A stretch of 64,000 nucleotides of DNA, from IMG/VR virus record IMGVR_UViG_3300037264_004281, positions 2,961 through 66,960 of that record; one strand, 5' to 3'. Position numbers and translations under genes: made by a program. Shown piece after piece: positions 1 to 9,221 of this stretch (its first letter is position 1; each line of letters begins with the position of its first letter). The notes below the pieces were generated by a model, which searched no databases, was not told the origin of the DNA, and worked only from the letters and a program-made list of their open reading frames with translations. This stretch comes from a virus.

Positions 1-420
1 AAATTATATGGACCATTTACAATTTCATTATCTTCTCCTGATACTGGAGGATTATCTTTAACATTTACATCATCCATGCAATATCCTCATTTAATATTTG
101 AATTTGATGGAGATGTGTCTACTACCGCATTAACAACTATATATCCTGCTTCTCACAGTAAAATATATGGGGTGGGTACTACTCCGTCCTTGCCTCTAAC
201 TAATGTCGAAATATTTAATGCTTTTAATCACGTATATGCTTCTACTGGCGTATTTCATGTTACCAGAAGTGTATTTTTGAAATCTTTTAATCAAAGTTTT
301 GATTCGAGTTTTAAATGGAATTTAGCTTTTTATGCACATAACTCTCAATTTCAATCTGTGTTAAGATCTTTGATGTTATGGGTTTATAGCTATGAATGTG
401 ATGATATTAATTTAGGATGA
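1..420 (+). CDS. 5'-truncated fibre/structural protein, paralogue of the next two genes
   Basis: Frame 1 is open from base 1 (KLYGPFTISLSSPD...) into the listed ORF 76..420; shares the LYGPFT motif with ORFs 425 and 1552. Confidence 0.7.
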   Translation, partial: KLYGPFTISLSSPDTGGLSLTFTSSMQYPHLIFEFDGDVSTTALTTIYPASHSKIYGVGTTPSLPLTNVEIFNAFNHVYASTGVFHVTRSVFLKSFNQSFDSSFKWNLAFYAHNSQFQSVLRSLMLWVYSYECDDINLG

Positions 421-424
421 TAAT

Positions 425-1540
425 ATGTCTTCTATCTATATTAGTGAACTCATATCGTTAACGGGAATTTCAAGTGATGATTTTTTTCCACTCGTTCAGA
501 GCAGTTCATTAACGACTTATAGGGTAGATTTTAATGCTTTAAATGCATGGTTATCTTCTTCTGCAACTGCTTATAGATCTATATATGCTGTTAGCGCATC
601 TGTTGCTGATACCTCGTCTTTATCTATTTCCGCATCGGTAGCAATAACAGCTTCTTATTTATTATATCAGGGATTTCCAAATGGAACGGCATCATATGCT
701 ATAAGTTCTTCTCATGCTGAAACTTCATCTTATATAGATACTGCAAATCTAATCATTGGATATGCTCTTTATGCATTGTCGGCATCTTGGGCATCTCAAT
801 CATTGTCATGTAGTTATATTACGGCTAGTGGGATAGATGGGGTAGTTCTTTCTGCTTCATATGCTATTACTGCTTCATATGCTATTACTGCTTCATATGC
901 TATTACTGCTTCATATGCTATTACAGCATCTAATGCAGATACAAGTTCGTATTCTTTGTTTGCAGAAACGACATTAAATAATCCAACATTTTTGTATGGA
1001 CCATTTACTGCTAGTGCGGCAGATACATCTCCTACAGTTGGATGGTCGCAATGGGATTATCAGAAGCAAGCTATTGCATTTGCTTTAAATGCACCATCTG
1101 ATATAATAATAGAATGTAATGTTAATTATGCTATAGATGAATTGTCCGGTCAATTTTTTTATGTTGCTGGAATTATAAGAGCAGCAGGATTAGATAGTCC
1201 GACAGTTAATCCGCCCGCGTCGGTATCGGAATTTGATAATTTTCAATTCCTTTCGTTGTATGGATTTAAAGAAAATGCTAGAGTAGATGGTCAAACTAGA
1301 TTTTTTATAAAAAGAAATGCTTTAGCCGCAGGATCTTGGGTATTATATTTATTATTTTATCGTACTACTGCTCCAATTTCTCCTTGGAATATAACAGGGG
1401 TTGCTCAAAAATCAGATTTGGATAATTTTCTTATTAGTGCCCCAATTCAAGAATTAACCCAAGTTCGATTTTATAAATTTTCTAATTCATCTATGATTTA
1501 TATTCATTCTCTTGCTGAAGTAACGCAAGAAATACTCTGA
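425..1540 (+). CDS. Putative tail-fibre/structural protein with SASYA repeats
   Basis: N-terminal ISEL...DDFFPLV motif, Ser/Ala-rich SASYA/SASWA repeats, then LYGPFT and a unique C-terminal domain; function inferred from architecture. Confidence 0.6.
   Translation: MSSIYISELISLTGISSDDFFPLVQSSSLTTYRVDFNALNAWLSSSATAYRSIYAVSASVADTSSLSISASVAITASYLLYQGFPNGTASYAISSSHAETSSYIDTANLIIGYALYALSASWASQSLSCSYITASGIDGVVLSASYAITASYAITASYAITASYAITASNADTSSYSLFAETTLNNPTFLYGPFTASAADTSPTVGWSQWDYQKQAIAFALNAPSDIIIECNVNYAIDELSGQFFYVAGIIRAAGLDSPTVNPPASVSEFDNFQFLSLYGFKENARVDGQTRFFIKRNALAAGSWVLYLLFYRTTAPISPWNITGVAQKSDLDNFLISAPIQELTQVRFYKFSNSSMIYIHSLAEVTQEIL
852..923 (+). repeat. Perfect 18-nt tandem repeat x4 (CTGCTTCATATGCTATTA; ASYAIT)
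   Basis: Read directly. Confidence 0.95.
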
Positions 1541-1551
1541 TTTACAAATGT

Positions 1552-2988
1552 ATGGATCTTATCAACATAAGCAAATTAGATTTATTTCCAATAGAAATTA
1601 CACGCAATGATTTTTTTCCACTAGTTGATAGTCGTTCTCTTACAACATTTCAAGCAACAATAAATACCTTTGAAAATTGGCTGGAGATTTCTGGAACTGT
1701 ACTTTTATCACCAACTACTTCTAGAGCAACTTGGGCTAGTTCTTCTGAATATGCTAGGAATGTTTTATTTTCTAATACTACTTCTTATTTATATTATACT
1801 GGATCATTTCCAATAAACGGAACTGCTTCATATGCTTTAAATTCAGGATATACTGAGACAGCTTCTTTTTTGGGAAATCCGGAGCAATTTTCTGGTTCTT
1901 ATGCAATAAATGTTTTTTCGGCATCATGGGCATCCAGTTCGATTTCTAGCAGTTATATTTCTGCAAGTAACATAGAAGGTATTATTCTTTCGGCATCATA
2001 TGCTATTACATCTTCCTATGCTATTACAGCATCCAATGTAGTCACCTCTTCTTATGCAATCTTTGCTTCAAATGTGGAATCTTCATCGTATACACATTTT
2101 GCAAAAAATCTATCCACGGTTATTCCGTTTAATCTTTATGGTCCATTTACTGCTGATCCTAGTACAACTGCTCCTTTTGTTCCATGGGGATTATACGATA
2201 GATCAAAACGAAGTGTGGCTTTTATTTTGGATGAATCGTCTGATATTATAGTAAAATGTATTGTTAATTATAGTAATTATAAAGTATCAAGTGGAACTAA
2301 TCAAGTTAGATATTTAGGAGCAAAATTAGTTCAAGAAGGGCAACCAAGTCCTATAGCATCTAAAATAAAAAACAATGAACTGAATACTTTTTGTTTTGCA
2401 TCCATAAGAGATATTGATGGAGATGGAAATATGGATGGAACGGCTGAACTTATATTTAATGTTAATGGATTGGATATAGGGCAATATAGAGTTTATATTA
2501 TGCCTTTAAATATATCTGAACCTATTGCTCCAGAAAGTGCAACTTCCGCAAGCAATGATCAAATCCCATCTTATAATTCGTTTTATAATACTGCTATTGC
2601 TACGGATGTAGGTTCAAACTTGGATATAAATTTTAGAATATATAATTTTTTAAATGCCGTTCAGGTTTTTGTATATTCTAGAAAAAATGTTAGACAGGGA
2701 CTTTATCCTACTTCAGTTACTACATGGAAAAAATGGAAATTAGGATATCGAGTAAGTAATGCTATAATAATTAATGGACTTGCAGAATTTCAATATCAAT
2801 ATACAAGTACTTTAGTAGATGGCGGCACATCTGTAGCATATTGGGTAGGTCCCGATGGTCCACCGGGATGGCAAAATGTAATATATTTATGTTTGCCATC
2901 TGACCATGTTCCTATACTTCCTTATGGTTGGCCTAAAGAAGTAGTTACGCCTCCCACAATTACTGATGAATCTTGTATTCCGGTTTAA
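1552..2988 (+). CDS. Putative tail-fibre/structural protein, paralogue of 425..1540
   Basis: Collinear N-terminal region (DFFPLV, FP.NGTASYA, SASWAS, SASYAIT) and LYGPFTA; longer C-terminus. Confidence 0.6.
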   Translation: MDLINISKLDLFPIEITRNDFFPLVDSRSLTTFQATINTFENWLEISGTVLLSPTTSRATWASSSEYARNVLFSNTTSYLYYTGSFPINGTASYALNSGYTETASFLGNPEQFSGSYAINVFSASWASSSISSSYISASNIEGIILSASYAITSSYAITASNVVTSSYAIFASNVESSSYTHFAKNLSTVIPFNLYGPFTADPSTTAPFVPWGLYDRSKRSVAFILDESSDIIVKCIVNYSNYKVSSGTNQVRYLGAKLVQEGQPSPIASKIKNNELNTFCFASIRDIDGDGNMDGTAELIFNVNGLDIGQYRVYIMPLNISEPIAPESATSASNDQIPSYNSFYNTAIATDVGSNLDINFRIYNFLNAVQVFVYSRKNVRQGLYPTSVTTWKKWKLGYRVSNAIIINGLAEFQYQYTSTLVDGGTSVAYWVGPDGPPGWQNVIYLCLPSDHVPILPYGWPKEVVTPPTITDESCIPV

Positions 2989-3002
2989 AGTCTTAAAAAA
3001 AC

Positions 3003-3030
3003 TTGACATTTTTTTGTTTTCTAATATAGT
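3003..3030 (+). promoter_or_regulatory. Sigma70-like promoter upstream of hsp20
   Basis: A-tract, TTGACA (3003), 16 nt, TATAGT (3025). Confidence 0.6.
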
Positions 3031-3125
3031 TATAGGCAGGATATAATGTCCTATCTCTTGTGCCTCTTGTGAGGGCAAGTTAAAATATAACTGACAAAAT
3101 TGTAGTTAAAAGAAAGGTTAGTATT

Positions 3126-3617
3126 ATGAAAAGTTTAGCACGATATACTCCGTCGTTTCCATCTTTGTTTTCTCATAAAGATCAAATTGTAACTTCCTTT
3201 GATCGAGTATTTAATGATATATTCGGGGAAATATTTCCGGAATCTTCTAAAGAATTAGGGATGGATCTATTTTCTAAAGGAGCATATCCTAAAGTAAATG
3301 TGATAGATGAAGAAAAAGAAACAATTATAGAAGCAGAAATTTCAGGATTAAGTAAAGATCAAGTTAAAGTAGAAATTGATGGTGCGGTGTTGACGATTAG
3401 GGGAGAAAAGAAAGTAGAAAATAAGGGTGGTAAAGATAAAACTTATCTCTATAGAGAGTTAAAACAATCATCTTTTTCAAGGTCATTTCAGTTTAATGAG
3501 AATTCCGATTTGGAAAATATCAAGGCAAAATTTGAAAATGGACTATTAACTTTAACAATTCCGAAAAAAGTTCCAGAACCAAAGGAAAAGAATGTTAAAA
3601 CAATAACAATAGAATAA
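3126..3617 (+). CDS. Small heat-shock protein (Hsp20/alpha-crystallin family)
   Basis: YPKVNVID...IEAEISGLSKDQVKV...LTIRGEK...RE...SFSRSF...IKAKFENGLLTLTIPK is the alpha-crystallin domain signature. Confidence 0.95.
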   Translation: MKSLARYTPSFPSLFSHKDQIVTSFDRVFNDIFGEIFPESSKELGMDLFSKGAYPKVNVIDEEKETIIEAEISGLSKDQVKVEIDGAVLTIRGEKKVENKGGKDKTYLYRELKQSSFSRSFQFNENSDLENIKAKFENGLLTLTIPKKVPEPKEKNVKTITIE

Positions 3618-3641
3618 TATATTATATAATAAGTTATAGGC

Positions 3642-3669
3642 AAACCCGTCGGATTTGGCGGGTTTTTTT
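3642..3669 (+). terminator. Intrinsic terminator after hsp20
   Basis: AAACCCGTC-GGATTT-GGCGGGTTT hairpin plus T-run. Confidence 0.85.
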
Positions 3670-3693
3670 GTATTCTGGTGATATTTATAAAAA

Positions 3694-4743
3694 ATGAAAG
3701 ATAAATTGTTGGATAGAATTATTCGGTTTGATAAATTGTTAGGAATAACTGCTTTATTAATTGCTTTTGGTGCAGCTTTTTTCTCTGTATATGGAATTTC
3801 TACTTTATTTGCTGGTGCTTTTAAAGCAACAGCAATTATGGCATCTTCTTTGGAAATTGGAAAGATTGTAGCTGTAACATTTTTATATAGATATTGGTGC
3901 AAAGTTCAATTTTTGTTAAAATCTTATCTAATATTAGCTATTTTTGTCCTTATGTTGGTAACTTCTTTAGGTATTTTTGGATATCTATCGGCGGCATATC
4001 AAAAATCTTCATTAGAATTTAAAGCAAATCAAGAAAAAATTGTAATGATTGAATCCCAGAAGCCGTTTTATACTAATTTAATTGTTCAGTCCGAATCTAG
4101 AATAAAAATTTTATCGGAGGCTAGAATTAGCCAAGAAGCACGGTTGTCAGATGCATTAACAAATGCATTTTTATCTAGAAATCCACTACAATTAAGACAA
4201 TTACAAGATCAAACTATTTCATTAATTACGCAGGCAGATGAAAATATAAAGAATGAAAATGAACAAATAAAGCTGAATCAAGAGAAAATAATGACAATAA
4301 ATGAAGAAGTTAACGAAATGAAAGTTGTGTCTATTGGAAGTAAAGATATTAGAACATTTCAATTTGTTGCTGAACAATTCAACATGCCTCTAGATCAAGT
4401 AGCAAAATGGTTTATTATAATTCTTATTTTTGTATTTGATCCTCTTGCTATAGCATTAATTCTTGGATATAATATTGCTGTCGGCAAAAAAACAGAAATT
4501 ATAAATCAAAATTTATCAGATAAAATAGAAAATACGCGGAGTATTCCACCAGAAATTATAATTCCTTCTATTCCTGAACCTTCTATTCCTGAACCTTCTA
4601 TTCCTGAACCTTCTATTCCTGAACCTTCTATTCCTGAAATAAAGCAAGAAATATTACAGGATATTCCCCAAAAACCAAAAAAGATTTTAGAAAAAGAAGA
4701 TGATACATTAGATCCTTACTGGAAACGAATGTTTAAAAGATAA
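3694..4743 (+). CDS. Membrane protein: 3 N-terminal TM helices, coiled coil, 4th TM, Pro-rich tail
   Basis: Hydrophobic segments and heptad-like central region; FVFDPLAIAL motif; function unknown. Confidence 0.8.
   Translation: MKDKLLDRIIRFDKLLGITALLIAFGAAFFSVYGISTLFAGAFKATAIMASSLEIGKIVAVTFLYRYWCKVQFLLKSYLILAIFVLMLVTSLGIFGYLSAAYQKSSLEFKANQEKIVMIESQKPFYTNLIVQSESRIKILSEARISQEARLSDALTNAFLSRNPLQLRQLQDQTISLITQADENIKNENEQIKLNQEKIMTINEEVNEMKVVSIGSKDIRTFQFVAEQFNMPLDQVAKWFIIILIFVFDPLAIALILGYNIAVGKKTEIINQNLSDKIENTRSIPPEIIIPSIPEPSIPEPSIPEPSIPEPSIPEIKQEILQDIPQKPKKILEKEDDTLDPYWKRMFKR
4564..4638 (+). repeat. Perfect 15-nt tandem repeat x5 (CCTTCTATTCCTGAA; PSIPE)
   Basis: Read directly. Confidence 0.95.
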
Positions 4744-4749
4744 AAAAAC

Positions 4750-4778
4750 TTGACTTATTAGGTTTAATATAGTAAATT
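4750..4778 (+). promoter_or_regulatory. Possible sigma70-like promoter
   Basis: A-tract, TTGACT, 17 nt, TAAATT. Confidence 0.4.
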
Positions 4779-4857
4779 AAATGCAATTAAAGTGAAAAAA
4801 AATTCATTTTATCAAAGTGACTAAATATATATTTCCGATTTGACACTATAAAACACT

Positions 4858-5001
4858 ATGGATCAATCTGATATAAAATATATAATTGAGTTGCTTTTAG
4901 ATGCAAAATTAACAACCGAATGGGATACCGTGGAAGAAGCCATAGAATCATTAAAAGAATTTTTAGATGAAGATTTTTCTGTGGATCCTGATAACGTATG
5001 A
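4858..5001 (+). CDS. Small acidic hypothetical protein, 47 aa (not in the ORF track)
   Basis: MDQSDIKYIIELLLDAKLTTEWDTVEEAIESLKEFLDEDFSVDPDNV*; stop overlaps the next start (ATGA). Confidence 0.7.
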   Translation: MDQSDIKYIIELLLDAKLTTEWDTVEEAIESLKEFLDEDFSVDPDNV

Positions 5002-5297
5002 TGACTTTATTGTGGATTATTGGAATATTTATATCAATTGTATCTTTAGTAATTTGTATTTTTCTCATTAAAATTATTAGAATTCAACTTGCTAAGGTTC
5101 GTACATATGAATCTTGGATTGTGGAATTTAAGGAAGATGTAAAGAAAACTTTAGAACACATGGAAGGAATAGACTCTAAAGGAACGTTTGCTACATCCCT
5201 AAATGAAAAAGGAATATTTCAATCCGATGATGAGGTTGGTCAAATTTTTTCGGAAATAAAAGTTTTGATAGAAAAATTAAATCAAAGGACTGAATAG
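4998..5297 (+). CDS. Small N-terminally membrane-anchored protein
   Basis: One hydrophobic N-terminal helix followed by a charged helical region. Confidence 0.75.
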   Translation: MMTLLWIIGIFISIVSLVICIFLIKIIRIQLAKVRTYESWIVEFKEDVKKTLEHMEGIDSKGTFATSLNEKGIFQSDDEVGQIFSEIKVLIEKLNQRTE

Positions 5298-5301
5298 GTC
5301 T

Positions 5302-6138
5302 ATGAAAAATAAAAAAAAAAGTTATAAAAAAAATATTAAGAAGATAGTCACCAAAAAGAAATTTAAGAAAAAAATTTCTAAAATATCAAAAAAAGTTAAA
5401 CCAGAAATTGTAAAAAAAGAAAGAAAGCGTAGAACCAAAAATCCAACTAGGATGTATTTTACACAAGAAACCGAAGATGCTATTGTAGAATATAATAATA
5501 CTGAAGCAGAAGAGGTTAGGAATCAAATTTTTAGAGAGAAAATTCATTTTTCTTTTCAAAAACTAGTAGAAAACATTTTTAATACTTTTAAGTTTTCTTA
5601 TTTCGAGACTGGACCGCTGGATGTTCAGAAAGAATGTTTATCGCATTTAGTAGCCAATATACACAAATATAAGAAAAATAAAGGAAAGGCGTTTTCATAT
5701 TTTTCTATTATAGCGAAGCATTATCTTATTTTATTAAATAATACAAATTATAAAAAATTTAATCAGAATGTGGAAATTGGAGAAGAACGGGATGAACATA
5801 CAATACAACTTCAACATGTCGACAAACATCATTTTCAAGAAGAAATGTCGGATTTTATTAAATTAATAATAAAATTTTGGGATTCAAACATTGATCGTAT
5901 TTTTACTAAATCCAGAGATTTAAATATAGCAAATGCAGTTATAGAATTGTTTAGAAATTCGGATCGAATAGATGCTTATAATAAAAAAGCATTATATCTT
6001 TATATAAGAGAAATGGCAGCATGTAAAACTCAACAAATAACTAAAGTTATAAATAAAATGAAAGAATATCATACTGATATTCAAAAATCATATGTAGAGG
6101 ATGGATATTTCGTTTCAGATTCGTTTGGCGTAGTTTAA
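5302..6138 (+). CDS. Putative phage late-transcription sigma factor (T4 gp55-like)
   Basis: YF....EDAIVEYN, KLVENI, ECL...IHKY....GKAFSYFSIIAK resembles sigma region 2 of gp55-like proteins; Lys-rich N-terminal extension. Confidence 0.65.
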   Translation: MKNKKKSYKKNIKKIVTKKKFKKKISKISKKVKPEIVKKERKRRTKNPTRMYFTQETEDAIVEYNNTEAEEVRNQIFREKIHFSFQKLVENIFNTFKFSYFETGPLDVQKECLSHLVANIHKYKKNKGKAFSYFSIIAKHYLILLNNTNYKKFNQNVEIGEERDEHTIQLQHVDKHHFQEEMSDFIKLIIKFWDSNIDRIFTKSRDLNIANAVIELFRNSDRIDAYNKKALYLYIREMAACKTQQITKVINKMKEYHTDIQKSYVEDGYFVSDSFGVV

Positions 6139-6160
6139 TGTGTTTAAAAAAATGTAATAG

Positions 6161-6185
6161 ACTCGCTCAATTTGGGCGAGTTTTT
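6161..6185 (+). terminator. Intrinsic terminator
   Basis: ACTCGCTCA-ATT-TGGGCGAGT hairpin plus T-run. Confidence 0.8.
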
Positions 6186-6199
6186 CTATTTATGTATAT

Positions 6200-6574
6200 A
6201 TGAATAATTTAGATTTTGAAATTTGTGAGAATAAAACGTTTCGTGAGTTGTGTAAAGACATCATCCATAGGTCTGAAGCCAAAAAAATTCAAATTGATAT
6301 GATTTTGAATGATGTGAGGACACAAATTAAGGATCAAAACAGTGCGCTAATGTTTGTTCCTCAGTTAAAAGCTTTATTAGATACGGGGGTTAAAAACGAT
6401 GAACAATTAATAAAATTGGCAGCAGTTTTTCAAAGATTACAATCCACACAAATTGAAGCATCTGGTGGAGAAGGGTCTGGATTATCCGAAGAAGATAAAG
6501 AGCAATTGCTACGGGAGGTAGAAATTGTTAAAAAGGAAATAGAAGTTCCAATTAGTCAAAGCCTTTACCTATAA
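6200..6574 (+). CDS. Hypothetical helical phage protein
   Basis: Full ORF in operon context, preceded by CTATTTAT. Confidence 0.75.
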   Translation: MNNLDFEICENKTFRELCKDIIHRSEAKKIQIDMILNDVRTQIKDQNSALMFVPQLKALLDTGVKNDEQLIKLAAVFQRLQSTQIEASGGEGSGLSEEDKEQLLREVEIVKKEIEVPISQSLYL

Positions 6575-6581
6575 AAATAAT

Positions 6582-8159
6582 ATGTCCTACTGGAAAGAAA
6601 GCGGTAAAAATTTTAGAACTTTAGATAATTTTAGCCTTGTTACTACTCAAACAAATATAGCAGGAGGAGCACTAGGAGAATTTTATGAATTAGAATTGGG
6701 AATTGTTCTTGATATTGTTTTAGATGAAACTCACGCTATATTTTCTGTTGGAAATAAATTACATTCGAGTATAGATGCTGACCGTTGGCCTGAAGATTTA
6801 GAGGGAAAACTAGCATCACGAAAAGATAAAGACCTTTCGTGGATTGGGCGAGCACTTATCAGACCTTTACAATCGGAAAAAACAACTGAAAAAGCAAGTT
6901 TACCTTGGGCTTTTCCATTAGAAGGAAATTTTTCAGAATATCCACTGATTAATGAAACGGTTATTTTAGTAAGATATATAGATAAATGGTTTTATACTAA
7001 AAAAGTTAATTTAAAAAATTGGCCGCACGGCGGGTTAGATTTTGGAATTGAATCGTCTAATAGTGGAGTACAAAATCCAGAATTATACTCGGATCCTTCT
7101 ACTCCCTATAAAGGACCAAAATCCGTAACAAAATATCATGGTGGTAATAATTATGAAGGAGTTGCTGGAAGATATTATATTTCTAATAATAAAATAAGAA
7201 CTGTAAAACGATATGAAGGAGATTTATTGATAGAAAGTCGATTTGGACAGACGATTCATTTTACTTCTTATGATAAAAATAGAAATAACGACATAGGACA
7301 TTCAGGAAATACAGACTATAGGAACGGTGGGAACCCAATGATTTTAATTAGAAATCGCCAACGTCCATTGTTAAAACAAGGCCAGAAATTGGAGCTAAAA
7401 AACAGTCCAAACAAATCTTTGATTATAGGTACTGAGGCAGAAAAAAATGTTGGAGGATATTTAGAAGAAAATATTAATCACGATGGATCTTCTATTCATA
7501 TTACTAGCGGACAAACTATAAGTGAGTGGGTTACAACCTGCTACAAAAAAATGTTTGGAAGTGGAGAAGAAGTACCGTCTTTTAATGGAAAAACAGATTT
7601 TAAATATCCAGTACAAAACGGAGACCAAATAGTAGTTAATACTGATAGATTGATATTATCTTCTAGGTATGGAGAAACATTTCATTTTTCTAAAAAAAGA
7701 TATGGAGTAGTTACGGACAATGAATATTCGGTGGATGCACATCAACAAATGGTTTTAACAAGTAATACAAAGGTGGTTATTAATTCTCCGGCAATTTATT
7801 TAGGAGAATATGATGTAACCGATGAACCGGCATTATTGGGTCAAACTACGGTAAATTGGCTTTATGAAATGTGTAATTGGTTGTTAGAACACACTCATTG
7901 GTATTTACATTCTCACGTCGATGCTGGGAAAGAATCACCATCGCAAACTCAACTTCCTGTTCAAGTCCAACGATTAATATCTTTAAGAGATAAGCTACAT
8001 ACGCTAATGAGTAAACGAGTATTTTTGACTGGGGGTGGACTGGCAAAAGGTCAAAATGGAGGAGAAATTACTGATGGTACTCCTCCTGTAAAAATTAATA
8101 CATCCAACGGAAATGGAGTACCGGGAGGATGGAAAGGTTCAAACTATAGACCATCATAA
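6582..8159 (+). CDS. Putative baseplate hub/central spike protein (gp5/GpV-like)
   Basis: YPLINETV OB-fold-like motif, EGDLLIESRFGQTI, beta-repeat region, C-terminal HTH...HSH motifs; upstream of gp25/gp6-like genes. Confidence 0.65.
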   Translation: MSYWKESGKNFRTLDNFSLVTTQTNIAGGALGEFYELELGIVLDIVLDETHAIFSVGNKLHSSIDADRWPEDLEGKLASRKDKDLSWIGRALIRPLQSEKTTEKASLPWAFPLEGNFSEYPLINETVILVRYIDKWFYTKKVNLKNWPHGGLDFGIESSNSGVQNPELYSDPSTPYKGPKSVTKYHGGNNYEGVAGRYYISNNKIRTVKRYEGDLLIESRFGQTIHFTSYDKNRNNDIGHSGNTDYRNGGNPMILIRNRQRPLLKQGQKLELKNSPNKSLIIGTEAEKNVGGYLEENINHDGSSIHITSGQTISEWVTTCYKKMFGSGEEVPSFNGKTDFKYPVQNGDQIVVNTDRLILSSRYGETFHFSKKRYGVVTDNEYSVDAHQQMVLTSNTKVVINSPAIYLGEYDVTDEPALLGQTTVNWLYEMCNWLLEHTHWYLHSHVDAGKESPSQTQLPVQVQRLISLRDKLHTLMSKRVFLTGGGLAKGQNGGEITDGTPPVKINTSNGNGVPGGWKGSNYRPS

Positions 8160-8175
8160 TACTATTTATATACAT

Positions 8176-8793
8176 ATGAAGAAAACTGAACTTACAGAGA
8201 TTATAAGAGAAATAGTAGCCGAAGAAATTCGAATACAACTTCCTAGTGCTATTGCGGAAGTATTTCAGAATTTTATGGGAAAAAAGTCTACTATTACAGA
8301 GAGAGTGGAATCCAAGAAAAAAGATATTTCTGAAGAAATTGAACTTAAGAAATCTTTAAAGGAACTTATGGATGGTCCATCTATTATGCCATCTAAATCT
8401 TCCATTCCAAAAGCTCCCAGAAAATATACCAAAAACCCAATATTAAATGAAGTCTTAAATGAAACCAGACCATTTAATTCTCAAGAAAGATTTCAAAATA
8501 CTGCTATGGGAGGGGGAATGGTAGCATCAATGCAATCTACTTCAGATGTTCCGTTTACAAAAAATACTCCGAATATGGGAGATTTAATTAATAATAATAA
8601 TAATGAGTTATCGCCTCCCATATCTCACGCAACTTTGTTAAGAGAAGATCACGCGCCACTATCAGCATTACCAGAAGGAATATCTGTATTAGATGTTAAG
8701 CAATCGGCTCCACCCGAAGTTAAAAAAGCACTAACTAGAAATTATTCTGAAATGATGAAACTCATTGACAAAAAGAAAAAAGGAATAATTTAA
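8176..8793 (+). CDS. Hypothetical virion-associated protein (start revised to MKKTEL)
   Basis: ATG 8176 follows the previous stop and a CTATTTAT motif; KNPILNEVLNET motif. Confidence 0.7.
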   Translation: MKKTELTEIIREIVAEEIRIQLPSAIAEVFQNFMGKKSTITERVESKKKDISEEIELKKSLKELMDGPSIMPSKSSIPKAPRKYTKNPILNEVLNETRPFNSQERFQNTAMGGGMVASMQSTSDVPFTKNTPNMGDLINNNNNELSPPISHATLLREDHAPLSALPEGISVLDVKQSAPPEVKKALTRNYSEMMKLIDKKKKGII

Positions 8794-8794
8794 A

Positions 8795-9217
8795 ATGCCC
8801 ATTGTGAAAAACACTCCAATTGGAATAGTATTGCCGATCCAGAATGGACCGAAAAGCGGGTATTTTGACCAATCGTTTGACTCATTTACGCAAATGAGAA
8901 TGAATATAATAAATCTTCTTAGAACTGTTCCGGGTGAAAGGAGAATGCAACCTATTTTTGGATGTAGATTGTGGAATGTAGTATTTGAACAAAATACAAA
9001 AGTCCTTGAAGCACAGATTAACAATATAATAAGAGAAGATGTAACACGATGGATTCCCGGAATATCTATAAAAGATATTACTACTAAATATTATTCAGAT
9101 GATGGAAGAGTAAATTTAGTTGATATTTATAAAATATATGTTTCAATTCAATTTGTGATTGAGGCGATAAATCAAGATGATGTCGTTGAGATTTATTTAG
9201 ACCGAGGACTTGTGTAA
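8795..9217 (+). CDS. Baseplate wedge subunit, gp25/GPW family
   Basis: NIINLLRTVPGERRMQPIFGCRLWNVVFE...RWIP is the gp25 signature. Confidence 0.9.
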   Translation: MPIVKNTPIGIVLPIQNGPKSGYFDQSFDSFTQMRMNIINLLRTVPGERRMQPIFGCRLWNVVFEQNTKVLEAQINNIIREDVTRWIPGISIKDITTKYYSDDGRVNLVDIYKIYVSIQFVIEAINQDDVVEIYLDRGLV

Positions 9218-9221
9218 AATT

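Noticed and set aside
1-2988. Diversity-generating retroelement or invertase shufflon acting on the fibre tips
   Set aside because: No reverse transcriptase, recombinase, adenine-specific template/variable repeat pair or inverted cassettes seen in the window
3057-3079. CIRCE (HrcA) operator before hsp20
   Set aside because: Arms differ from TTAGCACTC/GAGTGCTAA and the spacer is 4 nt, not 9
6200-6574. Terminase small subunit
   Set aside because: Size and helicity are compatible, but no recognisable motif and it is far from terL; left as hypothetical
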